From Peptococcia bacterium (GTDB lineage: Bacteria; Bacillota; Peptococcia; DRI-13; DTU073), in the NCBI GenBank assembly GCA_050951605.1, contig JBMNJJ010000002.1, forward strand, positions 274,394-338,393: DNA of 64,000 bases. Direction: 5' to 3'. Position 1 is the first letter of the stretch, and each line of letters starts with the position of its first letter. Shown in pieces: positions 55,584 to 64,000 of this stretch. Below the pieces are notes generated by a model, which worked only from the letters and a program-made list of their open reading frames with translations, was not told where the DNA came from and searched no databases. The translations under genes and the position numbers were made by a program.

Positions 55584-55919
55584 TTTAAATTAAGGTATGT
55601 TTTAAGTTTAAGCAATATAATCTTTTTGTAGGAAAAAGCAGGTATTTTAAGGGGCGGATTAGGGAAAAAGGGCGGTTAGTGAAATTTCTTTTGCTATTTT
55701 GTAGGAAAATCTTGACCCTAAGTCGAAGGAACGATATATTAAAAGTATAAATAATTAATCTATAATTAAAAAAATATGGTTGCATTTAATTATTTATAAT
55801 TTAGAGCAGTGGTGTGATGTCAAGTAGGTAACCGGAAAAATTTTTAGATTGGTTGCTGCCAAGGAGGGATTTAGCTGAAAAAGGAACTCAGCTTTACATA
55901 TTATGTAAAAGCAGTTGTT

Positions 55920-57875
55920 TTGCTAACCCTTATTTTTTCTGCAATTATAGGGGGATTTATCTCTATTTTTCTATTTTTTAAAAAGAGTTATTTATTATTT
56001 TTAATGATTATTATTTTAATAATTTTTTTAATGTTTTATATTAAGGAAATGTTATTCCGGAGAGTTGTTTCCCCTTTAATTCAACTTAATCAAGCTAGTA
56101 AAGAATTAGCAGCAGGTAATTTTTCTTATCGGGTAGATTTAACAAAGAAAAAAATTCCCCAGGAAATAAGTGAATTAGGTCAAAGATTTAACACAATTAC
56201 TTTAAATCTGGAAAAAGCGAAATTTTCTCTCCATAGGCATGGCGGCATTTTAGAAAAACAAGCTCAAAAATATAAGCGAGAGCTTTTGATGAGAAATAAG
56301 GAAATGGTAGCTCTTTACGCTGTGGCTACTTCTGCTAGTAATACTTATGAACTTTCCGATATTTTAAACGAAGTTTTTAATGAAATTATAGACCTGTTTG
56401 AGGTGGAATTTGTTACAATTTATTTTTTACAGACAGATGACCATGACCAAGAATATATTCATACGATTTGGCAGACAGATTACTCAGAGAAGGAAAAAGA
56501 TATTTTTACAAAATATACAAGTAATTATAATAAGTTAGTTGTGGAAAAAGAGGAAATATTGGTTATTGAAGACCTACAAGAAAGTAATGTTGATGTTCCT
56601 TTAGTATTAAGGCAGAGTAATTTGAAATCTTTAGTTAGTATTCCTATCTATTATCAAAATATTGTTTTAGGTGCGATAACTTTGACGAGCTGTTGTCCAC
56701 AACGCTTTGGACAGCAGGAATTAGTTATTTTAGAAGCTGTTTGTAATCAATTGGGAATAATTATTAGTAATTTTGTTTTATTAAATATAATTAGTGAAAA
56801 ACATCAAACTTTGTTAGCTATTATCAATAGTATGCATGAAGGCTTAATTCTCTTAAATCACAAGGGAAAAGTAATTTATGCTAACCCTTTATTTTTTGAG
56901 ATATTTCATCTTAAAAAGGTGGAGGGACAGAGGGAAATATTTATCTCTGAATTAAAAAAAGAAATAAATCCAGAAGTGAAAGTTGTTTTACCTTATGAGG
57001 AACTAAAGGAACGCTTTCTTAACCAAGAGGTACTTGGCTATGGGGAACTTTCCGTGACTTATCGAGATAAGATTAGATATTATTTAATTCAAGGCTTCCC
57101 GGTGAGCATGAGTGGTCATTTTCTTGGTTATGGGTATGTTGTACGTGATATCACTAGAGAAAAGGAAATTGATAACTTGAAAAATTCGCTTCTTTCTACG
57201 GTATCTCATGAATTACGTTCACCTCTTACTACAATTTATGGTAGTGCGGAATCACTTTTAAGAAAAGATGTGGTTTGGTCACAGGAGGAAGAGAATGAGT
57301 TTATCAAAGCTATTGTAGAGGAAAGCCAACGTTTAAGTGAGTTAATTAATAATATTATGGATATGTCTAAAATTAAAGCGGGAGTATTTACATTAGATTT
57401 ATACATTGTTGATTTAGGAAAAGTTATTGAACGAGTAGTAAAAAGGTTTAGAAATAAGTTCCCGGAAAATAACTTTATAGTAGACATTCCTGAGAAAAGA
57501 CCCAATGTACTTATTGATGAAAAGAGAATTGACCAAGTTTTAAATAATCTTTTAGAAAATGCAATCAAGTATTCTCCTGTTTATAAAACTATTCGTATTG
57601 AGGCGACTTATCTACAACGGGAGAAGTTGATTAAGGTAGGGGTAATAGATCGTGGTATAGGGATAGCCTTTCAAGACCAACAGGCTATTTTTGGAAGATT
57701 TTGTCGTCTGGAAAAGGCTCGTTGTATACAAGCCAAAGGTAGCGGAGTTGGTCTTTCTATTGCTAAAGGAATTATAGAGAATCATGGTGGTAAGTTATGG
57801 GTGGAAAGTGAATTAGGTCAAGGAAGTAAATTTTACTTTACTTTACCTGTAAAAAAGGAGGAGGAAAGAAAATGA
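55920..57875 (+). CDS. Sensor histidine kinase (TM-HAMP-GAF-PAS-HisKA-HATPase), KdpD-C-terminal-like
   Basis: H-box [17 protein letters not shown]-box [12 protein letters not shown]-boxes DRGIGI and [10 protein letters not shown]. An alternative CTG start at 55875 lies 6 nt after AAGGAGGG and would add [15 protein letters not shown]. Confidence 0.88.
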   Translation: MLTLIFSAIIGGFISIFLFFKKSYLLFLMIIILIIFLMFYIKEMLFRRVVSPLIQLNQASKELAAGNFSYRVDLTKKKIPQEISELGQRFNTITLNLEKAKFSLHRHGGILEKQAQKYKRELLMRNKEMVALYAVATSASNTYELSDILNEVFNEIIDLFEVEFVTIYFLQTDDHDQEYIHTIWQTDYSEKEKDIFTKYTSNYNKLVVEKEEILVIEDLQESNVDVPLVLRQSNLKSLVSIPIYYQNIVLGAITLTSCCPQRFGQQELVILEAVCNQLGIIISNFVLLNIISEKHQTLLAIINSMHEGLILLNHKGKVIYANPLFFEIFHLKKVEGQREIFISELKKEINPEVKVVLPYEELKERFLNQEVLGYGELSVTYRDKIRYYLIQGFPVSMSGHFLGYGYVVRDITREKEIDNLKNSLLSTVSHELRSPLTTIYGSAESLLRKDVVWSQEEENEFIKAIVEESQRLSELINNIMDMSKIKAGVFTLDLYIVDLGKVIERVVKRFRNKFPENNFIVDIPEKRPNVLIDEKRIDQVLNNLLENAIKYSPVYKTIRIEATYLQREKLIKVGVIDRGIGIAFQDQQAIFGRFCRLEKARCIQAKGSGVGLSIAKGIIENHGGKLWVESELGQGSKFYFTLPVKKEEERK

Positions 57876-58573
57876 AAAAACCAATTGCTCTTGTTGTAGA
57901 TGATGAATCTAATATTTTACGCTTTATTCGGGCGAATTTGAGGGCAAGTGGCTTTGAAGTTGCTTCTGCAATGACCGGGACAGAGGCATTAGTTCAATTT
58001 AAAGTAGCAGATCCTGATATTATTATCTTGGACTTAATGTTACCGGAATTAGATGGGCTAGAGGTATGTCGACGTATTCGGCAAGAGTCAGATGTACCTA
58101 TTGTTATAATTACTGCTAAAGGAGATTTACGAGATGCGGTAGAAGGTTTAAATGCCGGAGCAGATGATTATATTACGAAGCCTTTTGCTGTAGAGGAATT
58201 ATTAGCTCGTGTCAATGCGGTCATGCGTAGAATTAAAAATAATTTCGCACAGTCTTCACCAGATCAAATAAAATTAGGAAATTTAGTCATAGACCTTGCT
58301 CAAAGGCGAGTGTTTGTCAATGGGGAGGCAACTCATCTTACTCCAACAGAGTTTAAGTTATTAATTTATTTAGCAAATCATGTGGACAAAGTAGTTTCAC
58401 ATGATGAAATATTAGAATCAATTTGGGGAGAAGAATATCGAGAATGTACTCATTATCTTAGGGTAAGTATTGGTCGTTTAAGGCAAAAAATAGAAACTGA
58501 TCCCGGAAACCCCGAATATATTGTTACTTGTAGTGGTGTGGGTTATATGATTAGAAATCTTTGTATAAGTTAG
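57872..58573 (+). CDS. OmpR-family response regulator, KdpE-like
   Basis: Receiver domain (VVDDE...[14 protein letters not shown]...ITAKG). The winged-helix segment [33 protein letters not shown] resembles KdpE. It is coupled to the kinase gene (ATGA). Confidence 0.88.
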   Translation: MKKPIALVVDDESNILRFIRANLRASGFEVASAMTGTEALVQFKVADPDIIILDLMLPELDGLEVCRRIRQESDVPIVIITAKGDLRDAVEGLNAGADDYITKPFAVEELLARVNAVMRRIKNNFAQSSPDQIKLGNLVIDLAQRRVFVNGEATHLTPTEFKLLIYLANHVDKVVSHDEILESIWGEEYRECTHYLRVSIGRLRQKIETDPGNPEYIVTCSGVGYMIRNLCIS

Positions 58574-58691
58574 TACATAAAGTTGATTTGTAAGTTTCTA
58601 ATTATTTATTGTATAATGAAAGAGTATTTATAAGGTGTAGTTTCGGTTGTTTAAGATCTGAATGGGCAAAGGAGTGAAAGGAGAATTATTT

Positions 58692-59150
58692 ATGGTTGAG
58701 CATCAGTTTATTGTTTTTTCACTTAATAATGAGGAGTTTGGACTCGCGATTAATACTGTTCGTGAAATTGTTCAACTGCAGAAAATAATTAATCTCCCTC
58801 AAGAATCTGAATTGATCGAAGGAATTATGAGTTTGCGGAAGGAAATACTTCCCGTTGTTGATTTAAAGAAACGTTTTTATGGTATGGCTGCGGGAGACGT
58901 AGAAACAAATCGAATAATTGTAGTTGACATTGGTGGTTGGTTGGTTGGAATTATTGTTGATGAGGTTTTAGAAGTATTAAGTTTGCAGGAAAAAGATATT
59001 GTGCCCTTGCCACCTTTTGTACAACGGGTTACAGCTGACTGTGGTTTGCAAGGCGTGGGTAGATTTAGTGGTCGGCTAGTGATTTTGCTGGATTTATCAC
59101 AGGCTTTTAGTGGTGATGAGAAGAGCTTATTGCAAGAAGCGGTGAATTAA
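58692..59150 (+). CDS. CheW-like coupling-domain protein
   Basis: FIVFSLNNEEFGLAINTVREIV...IMSLRKEILPVVDLKKRF...VGIIVDEVLEVL. The ATG at 58692 lies 8 nt after AAAGGAG. Confidence 0.85.
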   Translation: MVEHQFIVFSLNNEEFGLAINTVREIVQLQKIINLPQESELIEGIMSLRKEILPVVDLKKRFYGMAAGDVETNRIIVVDIGGWLVGIIVDEVLEVLSLQEKDIVPLPPFVQRVTADCGLQGVGRFSGRLVILLDLSQAFSGDEKSLLQEAVN

Positions 59151-59155
59151 ATAAT

Positions 59156-59590
59156 ATGGATAAAACAGGGCAGAAGAATACATTAATTATGGCTTTCCCG
59201 ATTGAACCGGGGAATTTTAAGGATGCAGGAGAGGCTAGTTCAAAAATTAAAAGTAGGTTGTTGCAGCTTGGTTTTCCGGGAACACTTATTAGGCGTGTGG
59301 CTATTGCTACTTATGAAGCAGAAATGAATTTAGTGATTCACTCCGAGGGTGGAACGATTGAAGCAGAAATTAATCCGGGGTCAGTAAATATTTTAGTTGT
59401 TGATGAGGGACCTGGTATACTTGATTTAAATAAGGCTATGCAAGAAGGATTTTCTACAGCGCCGGAACATGTACGTGAGATGGGCTTTGGAGCGGGAATG
59501 GGTTTACCTAATATGCGTAGTTGTACAAGCGAATTTACTATTACTTCAGAATTCGGTAAAGGAACAACAATTAAAATGGTTATTAGTTGA
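59156..59590 (+). CDS. Small GHKL ATPase of the anti-sigma-factor/serine-kinase (RsbW/SpoIIAB-like) type
   Basis: 144 aa. N-box-like YEAEMNLVIH, G1 VVDEGPGI, G2 GFGAGMGLPN. Confidence 0.75.
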   Translation: MDKTGQKNTLIMAFPIEPGNFKDAGEASSKIKSRLLQLGFPGTLIRRVAIATYEAEMNLVIHSEGGTIEAEINPGSVNILVVDEGPGILDLNKAMQEGFSTAPEHVREMGFGAGMGLPNMRSCTSEFTITSEFGKGTTIKMVIS

Positions 59591-59604
59591 TAAAGGAGTG
59601 AAGT

Positions 59605-60912
59605 TTGGTGAACTCATATTTTCACTCAGTTACCTTGGATAAAGAATTGTGTATGGGTTGTACTAATTGTATTAAACGTTGCCCTACTGAAGCGATTCGT
59701 GTTCGTGAGGGTAAGGCAAAAATAATTGATGAACGATGTATTGATTGTGGTGAATGTATTAGAATTTGCCCACATCATGCCAAGTTAGCTCTTACAGATA
59801 CTTTAGATAGTATTAAAAAATATAAATATCCGATAGCTCTTCCGGCACCCAGTTTGTATGCTCAATTTAATTCTAAGGTGACGATTAATCATATTCTTGC
59901 CGGTTTACTGGAATTAGGGTTCTATAAGGTTTGGGAAGTGGCTTATGGGGCGGAATTTGTTAGTCGGGCCATGAATCAGTTTTTTCAAAAAAACACTTTT
60001 TCTAAACCTGCAATTTCTTCGGCTTGTCCGGCTGTTTTAAAATTAATTCAGGTTAAATTTCCGGAATTGATTAATCAAGTAATCCCCATTAAGTCACCCA
60101 TGGAGGCAACAGCTTTACTAGCTCGTGAAATAATGGCAAAGGAAGGTTATCCTCCTGATGAGGTGGGCATCTTTTTTATTTCTCCTTGTGCAGCTAAAGT
60201 GACAGCGGTAAAAAACCCTCTTGGGATGTTGAAATCTGCTGTAGATGGAGTTATTGGAATTTCTAGTATCTATGGTTCTTTGCGGAATAAAGTAGAAAAG
60301 CTACAAAAGGTTCCCGAATTACAAAAAGCTACTGAAGCCGGAGTGGGTTGGGCTGTACCCGGGGGAGAAAGCAATTTGCTTACGGGTGTTCGTCGGTTAG
60401 CTGTTGATGGAATTGCTAATGTCAGTAAAGTTTTAGAGGAAGTGGTGATGGGGAAGTTAAAAGAAGTAGACTTTATTGAGGGCTTAGCTTGTATAGGTGG
60501 ATGTGTTGGTGGTCCACTGACGGTGGAAAACCCTTTTATGGCTAAGGAACGTATTATTAGTTTAGTAAATTATAGGCAAAAAGAATTACCCAAACTTCCG
60601 GATGTTCTAAATTGGGAAGACTTAACTTGGGAAAAGAAGGTGCATCCTTTGGGTGTTTTGCGACTCGATGAAGATATGGTTATGGCTTTGCAAAAGCTAG
60701 AGACAATGGAATTTTTGCAGAAAGATTTGCCGGGATTAGATTGTGGCTCGTGTGGTGCTCCTACTTGTCGTGCTCTAGCAGAAGATATTGTTCGTGGGCA
60801 AGCGGATGAGGTTGATTGTGTATTTAAATTAAGGGAAAAAGTAACTGATTTAGCGGAAAAGATGGTACAGATATCTAGCAAAATGCCTCCTTCGATTGGT
60901 AAAAAGGAGTGA
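59605..60912 (+). CDS. [FeFe]-hydrogenase-like Fe-S protein (2x[4Fe-4S] ferredoxin + H-domain-like + C-terminal C-x2-C-x4-C-x16-C), putative sensor
   Basis: CMGCTNCIKRCP and CIDCGECIRICP. H-cluster-motif-like SSACPA, SPCAAK and ACIGGCVGGP. C-terminal CGSCGAPTC-x16-C. Confidence 0.8.
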   Translation: MVNSYFHSVTLDKELCMGCTNCIKRCPTEAIRVREGKAKIIDERCIDCGECIRICPHHAKLALTDTLDSIKKYKYPIALPAPSLYAQFNSKVTINHILAGLLELGFYKVWEVAYGAEFVSRAMNQFFQKNTFSKPAISSACPAVLKLIQVKFPELINQVIPIKSPMEATALLAREIMAKEGYPPDEVGIFFISPCAAKVTAVKNPLGMLKSAVDGVIGISSIYGSLRNKVEKLQKVPELQKATEAGVGWAVPGGESNLLTGVRRLAVDGIANVSKVLEEVVMGKLKEVDFIEGLACIGGCVGGPLTVENPFMAKERIISLVNYRQKELPKLPDVLNWEDLTWEKKVHPLGVLRLDEDMVMALQKLETMEFLQKDLPGLDCGSCGAPTCRALAEDIVRGQADEVDCVFKLREKVTDLAEKMVQISSKMPPSIGKKE

Positions 60913-61170
60913 TTAAATACAAAGTATTTAGATCCATTAGAAGCAGCAAAAAAAGAGGGTCCTAGAAGGGGATTATATGCTCAGGGTGAGTATAAATTAG
61001 TTTCGCAAAAAGACAAAGGTGAATATTCAGGGACAGGGGAAGCTGTAGTATGGCATACGTATAAAAATGCTTCTTGTGAAATACTGTTAATCCAACCTGT
61101 GAAGGTTGGTTCCGGAGGGATTTGGGTGATTAACAGTATTCAAGAAGATTTTTTAGGTAAAGGTTCATAA
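60913..61170 (+). other. Start-less 85-codon open frame directly continuing the reading frame of 59605-60912 past its TGA
   Basis: Hand translation gives LNTKYLDPLEAAKKEGPRRGLYAQGEYKLVSQKDKGEYSGTGEAVVWHTYKNASCEILLIQPVKVGSGGIWVINSIQEDFLGKGS*. There is no ATG/GTG/TTG in the first 62 codons. Confidence 0.3.
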
Positions 61171-61258
61171 AAAAATATGCAACAATATGCAGGACTTAAA
61201 GGAGGGGGCGAAGAATAAAAACAACATGGTTTTTTAAATAAGCTGGGGGCATATTGGT

Positions 61259-61750
61259 ATGACCAGTAAAGATAGGCTTTTTTGGGAACATGTAAAGGAT
61301 AGTACTTTATTTGAGATAGTGATAGTACTAATAATGCTTGCTATAGTTTTGTTGACGAGTGTTTTTGAATTATGGCAAGTTCAAGTTCAAGCAGCCTGGG
61401 AAGCTGATTCTATCACTCTAAAAAACATAGCGAAAATAGCACAATTATATGCGCTTTCGGAAAATAAAATAGGAGAAGGTGTCTCTGTACGGGAGCTAAT
61501 TGATGAAAATTTGATCGAAGATCAACCTTTAAATCGAAGATGCTTTTATAGAACAACGGGTACTTGGAAGTCCTATAGAAATAGCCAAGGCAAGAAATTA
61601 AGTGAAGTTTGCCTAGAGGAACGTCCTCCTAAAATTATTTTTAATCAGTCTACGGGAAGTGTATCTAATTTTAAAATTTTTGTAATCACCTTAATTGGTC
61701 ATCCACCGTATGTTAGAGATGTGGATGAATATCTAGAAAAACTAAAGTAG
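61259..61750 (+). CDS. Hypothetical protein with a single N-terminal TM helix (weakly pilin-like N-terminus)
   Basis: 163 aa. The hydrophobic segment LFEIVIVLIMLAIVLLTSVF contains a Glu in a pilin-like context, but no G|F prepilin cleavage motif is present. Confidence 0.5.
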   Translation: MTSKDRLFWEHVKDSTLFEIVIVLIMLAIVLLTSVFELWQVQVQAAWEADSITLKNIAKIAQLYALSENKIGEGVSVRELIDENLIEDQPLNRRCFYRTTGTWKSYRNSQGKKLSEVCLEERPPKIIFNQSTGSVSNFKIFVITLIGHPPYVRDVDEYLEKLK

Positions 61751-62005
61751 GGTTTTGACTGGGCGATGATAAGAAAAGAGATGATTCATAGATAAAGAGA
61801 GTGGATGATATTGTCTACTCTCTTTACTTTATTCTTCTCACTTATAGAAGCAATCTGACTCTATTTGTATTTTTACAAAAAATCTGTATTATTTTATAAA
61901 TTAATAGAGGAAATTCGTAAAATAAGGCGAAATTAATAAATAGACACTATTGTGAAGAATAATAATTAAAGCCACGTGAACTTTTTACAAAAGGGGGATA
62001 TAGAG

Positions 62006-63919
62006 TTGGGCGAATTAGTGAAAGTTATTGGTATAAAAGAAGAAAATTGTATTAATTGTCACAGGTGTATACAAGTGTGTCCTGTTAAGTTTTGTAATGA
62101 TGGTAGTGGGGACAATGTTGAATTAGATGATGATTTATGTATCGGTTGTGGCGCTTGTATTGAGGCTTGTATTGAGGCTCATGATGGTAATGAGGAAAAA
62201 ATTGCCCGTTATCCTCTTGATGACATTGAACAATTTAAAAGAGCTTTAGCTTCCGGCCAGGAAATAGCCGCTCTTGTTGCTCCTTCGGCTTATTGTAATT
62301 TTGATGCGCCACGCTTGATTACCGCTTTGAAAAAATTGGGAGTAAAAGCAGTTTTTGATGTATCTTTGGGTGCTGAGATTACTATAGCGGCTTATCATAA
62401 TGCTCTGGTTTCAGGAGAAGTTACTACACCGATTATTGCTCAGCCTTGTCCGGCTATTGTTAAGTATATAGAGATTATGCATCCCAATTTAATTAAACAT
62501 TTAGCTCCGAGCGGTAGTCCTGCACATGATGCTGCTGTTTATATTAAATCTAAATATCCCCATTATACCCTGGCTTTCATTTCCCCTTGTTTAGCTAAAA
62601 AGCGCGAGTTTCTTGATAGTCAGAGCGTTAAATATAATGTTACATATAAAACTTTGGAGAAATTATTTCGAAAAAATGGTATTCATGTAGAAGCTATGGA
62701 AAAAGGAAGTTTTGATGATATTGTAGGAGCGGAAATTGCGGCCAATTTCTCTACTCCTGGTGGTTTAAAAGAATCTTATTTACATTGGTATCCTGAGACA
62801 AAGTCTCAAATGATTACAAAAATTGAAGGTCCCTTGGTTTATGAAAAATATTTAGCTGATTTGGAAAAGGATATAAAATTGAATAAGGCTTATTTGCCAC
62901 TAGTTGTGGATATTCTTAACTGTGAAAAAGGTTGTAATATGGGTCCGGGAACGATTAATCATTATGAATCTATAGATCGGGTTGAGGGGCAAATTGCGGA
63001 ACGGGTTGATAGAAATAAGAGTGACCTTAAAAATAAACGAGCTTTACGTAAATTTTTGAAAAAGGTAATTGCAGAACATGACTTTAGTTATACTTTTTAT
63101 GAGGATTTGTCAGAAAATGTCAAAATCAAAAAACCAACAGAAAGTGAATTGCGTGAAGTCTATGCCAAAATGCATAAAGAAAGCGATAATGATATGCGAA
63201 ATTGTAGATCTTGCGGCTATCGTTCCTGTTATGAAATGGCCGTAGCTGTTTTTAATGGCTTAAACAAACCGGATAATTGTTACTTATATCGTGAAAAAGA
63301 AATTTTACAAGAGAAAAAGATGATTGAAGAATCAATAGCTTTAGCTGAAAAAAACAAACGGCTCTTTGAAGAAAAATCGATAGAAGCAGAAGATAGTGCT
63401 AGAAAAATTAAAGATATTCTTTATCAGGTTTCAGAAATATTTAAGGAAATAACAAAGAATGTAGGGGAAATTTCCTCCAGTTCCGAAATTACCTTTGAGA
63501 AGTTTTCTTCAATTATTGATAACATTAGTAAATTTGAACAAATATCTAATGAAGTTGTATTACGGACACAAAATCTGATTCCTATTGTCAATACAATTGG
63601 TGAAGTTGCTGACCAAACTAATCTCTTGGCTCTTAATGCGGCAATTGAAGCGGCACGTGCTGGAGAAAAAGGACGAGGTTTTGCTGTTGTTGCTGAAGAA
63701 ATTAGAAAACTTGCTGATAAAACTAATGAAGAATTAAAGAAGATTAAGCCTTTTGTCGAAGAAATTATTCATCGGGTAAATATGCAAAATCAAGAAACGA
63801 CAAAGGTTAAAGATCAATCTGAAGAATCGAAGAGAGTTACAGAATTAATGAATGCGGCTATCCAGACTCTGGAAAGTCAAATGGAGGATGTTTTTGATAA
63901 AATTGAGCAATTAGAATAA
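62006..63919 (+). CDS. Soluble chemoreceptor: [FeFe]-hydrogenase-like sensor domain fused to a methyl-accepting chemotaxis signalling domain
   Basis: [12 protein letters not shown] and [11 protein letters not shown]; [14 protein letters not shown] and [11 protein letters not shown]; CRSCGYRSC-x16-C. The C-terminal MCP hairpin tip is [34 protein letters not shown]. No TM helix. Probable TTG start at 62006 (8 nt after GGGGG); the listed ORF opens at GTG 61976. Confidence 0.85.
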   Translation: MGELVKVIGIKEENCINCHRCIQVCPVKFCNDGSGDNVELDDDLCIGCGACIEACIEAHDGNEEKIARYPLDDIEQFKRALASGQEIAALVAPSAYCNFDAPRLITALKKLGVKAVFDVSLGAEITIAAYHNALVSGEVTTPIIAQPCPAIVKYIEIMHPNLIKHLAPSGSPAHDAAVYIKSKYPHYTLAFISPCLAKKREFLDSQSVKYNVTYKTLEKLFRKNGIHVEAMEKGSFDDIVGAEIAANFSTPGGLKESYLHWYPETKSQMITKIEGPLVYEKYLADLEKDIKLNKAYLPLVVDILNCEKGCNMGPGTINHYESIDRVEGQIAERVDRNKSDLKNKRALRKFLKKVIAEHDFSYTFYEDLSENVKIKKPTESELREVYAKMHKESDNDMRNCRSCGYRSCYEMAVAVFNGLNKPDNCYLYREKEILQEKKMIEESIALAEKNKRLFEEKSIEAEDSARKIKDILYQVSEIFKEITKNVGEISSSSEITFEKFSSIIDNISKFEQISNEVVLRTQNLIPIVNTIGEVADQTNLLALNAAIEAARAGEKGRGFAVVAEEIRKLADKTNEELKKIKPFVEEIIHRVNMQNQETTKVKDQSEESKRVTELMNAAIQTLESQMEDVFDKIEQLE

Positions 63920-63951
63920 GGCTAAGATATAAAGGTAATTATTTAAAAAAT

Positions 63952-63987
63952 AAAAAAATGCTGCTTGAAATGTGCAGCATTTTTTTA
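63952..63987 (+). terminator. Rho-independent terminator
   Basis: AAAAAAATGCTGC-TTGAAATGT-GCAGCATTTTTTT. Confidence 0.8.
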
Positions 63988-64000
63988 ATCGTACGTTTTC

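Noticed and set aside
60913-60930. Selenocysteine insertion (SECIS) explanation for the in-frame TGA at 60910.
   Set aside because: The only nearby hairpin is a 7-bp all-AU stem with a 3-nt loop, starting 1-2 nt after the TGA. It lacks the size, spacing and G/U-containing apical loop of bacterial SECIS elements. No selA/selB/selD context is in the window.

Overview
AT-rich chromosomal segment (G+C judged by eye, not computed) from an endospore-forming, anaerobic Firmicute with Clostridia-like gene content. The evidence for that placement is pyruvate:ferredoxin oxidoreductase, a split MetH, the rplU-prp-rpmA-spo0B-like-obg block, and the spore-associated families YhcN/YlaJ, DUF1657 and DUF1540. 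No species call is possible from sequence alone.

Gene order:
- 1-7.1 kb: hydantoin/D-amino-acid utilisation cluster (two hydantoinase paralogues, NCS1 permease, hydantoin racemase, D-aminoacylase-family amidohydrolase, frameshifted ridA), directly abutting a 5'-truncated thiE remnant.
- 7.7-16.3 kb: Q-rich small protein, ECF sigma/anti-sigma pair, and polA-mutM-coaE-SLT-nicotinate phosphoribosyltransferase.
- 16.3-20.5 kb: TetR-controlled HlyD/ABC-2 permease/TolC-like operon with two copies of one operator.
- 20.6-27.8 kb: htrA, a dTMP-kinase-like gene, a YlaJ-like lipoprotein, a secreted LamG plus legume-lectin-domain protein, and ZIP transporter plus a two-gene SufC/SufBD-like pair.
- 27.9-40.8 kb: nifJ (PFOR), tRNA-Leu(GAG), pckA, a P-loop ATPase, an SDR, glnA, DUF1540, and split metH.
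- 40.9-51 kb: a degenerate M23 (SpoIVFA-like) gene, then the radical-SAM/DUF2344/rng block, aspartate kinase, and rplU-prp-rpmA-spo0B-like-obg.
- 51-58.6 kb: membrane proteins and a KdpDE-like two-component system.
- 58.7-63.9 kb: a CheW-like/GHKL-ATPase/[FeFe]-hydrogenase-like sensor cluster ending in a hydrogenase-like protein fused to a chemoreceptor signalling domain.

No CRISPR array, rRNA, transposase or integrase was seen.

The two observations most worth follow-up:
- A 2 x 216-bp tandem repeat at 41.65-42.09 kb. It has a 20-bp closing inverted repeat, nested helices, and only third-codon-position differences in its single open frame.
- The putative H2-sensing chemotaxis-like module at 58.7-63.9 kb, including a start-less 85-codon ORF in frame behind a TGA stop.

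All family assignments come from motif recognition by eye. No database search was run.
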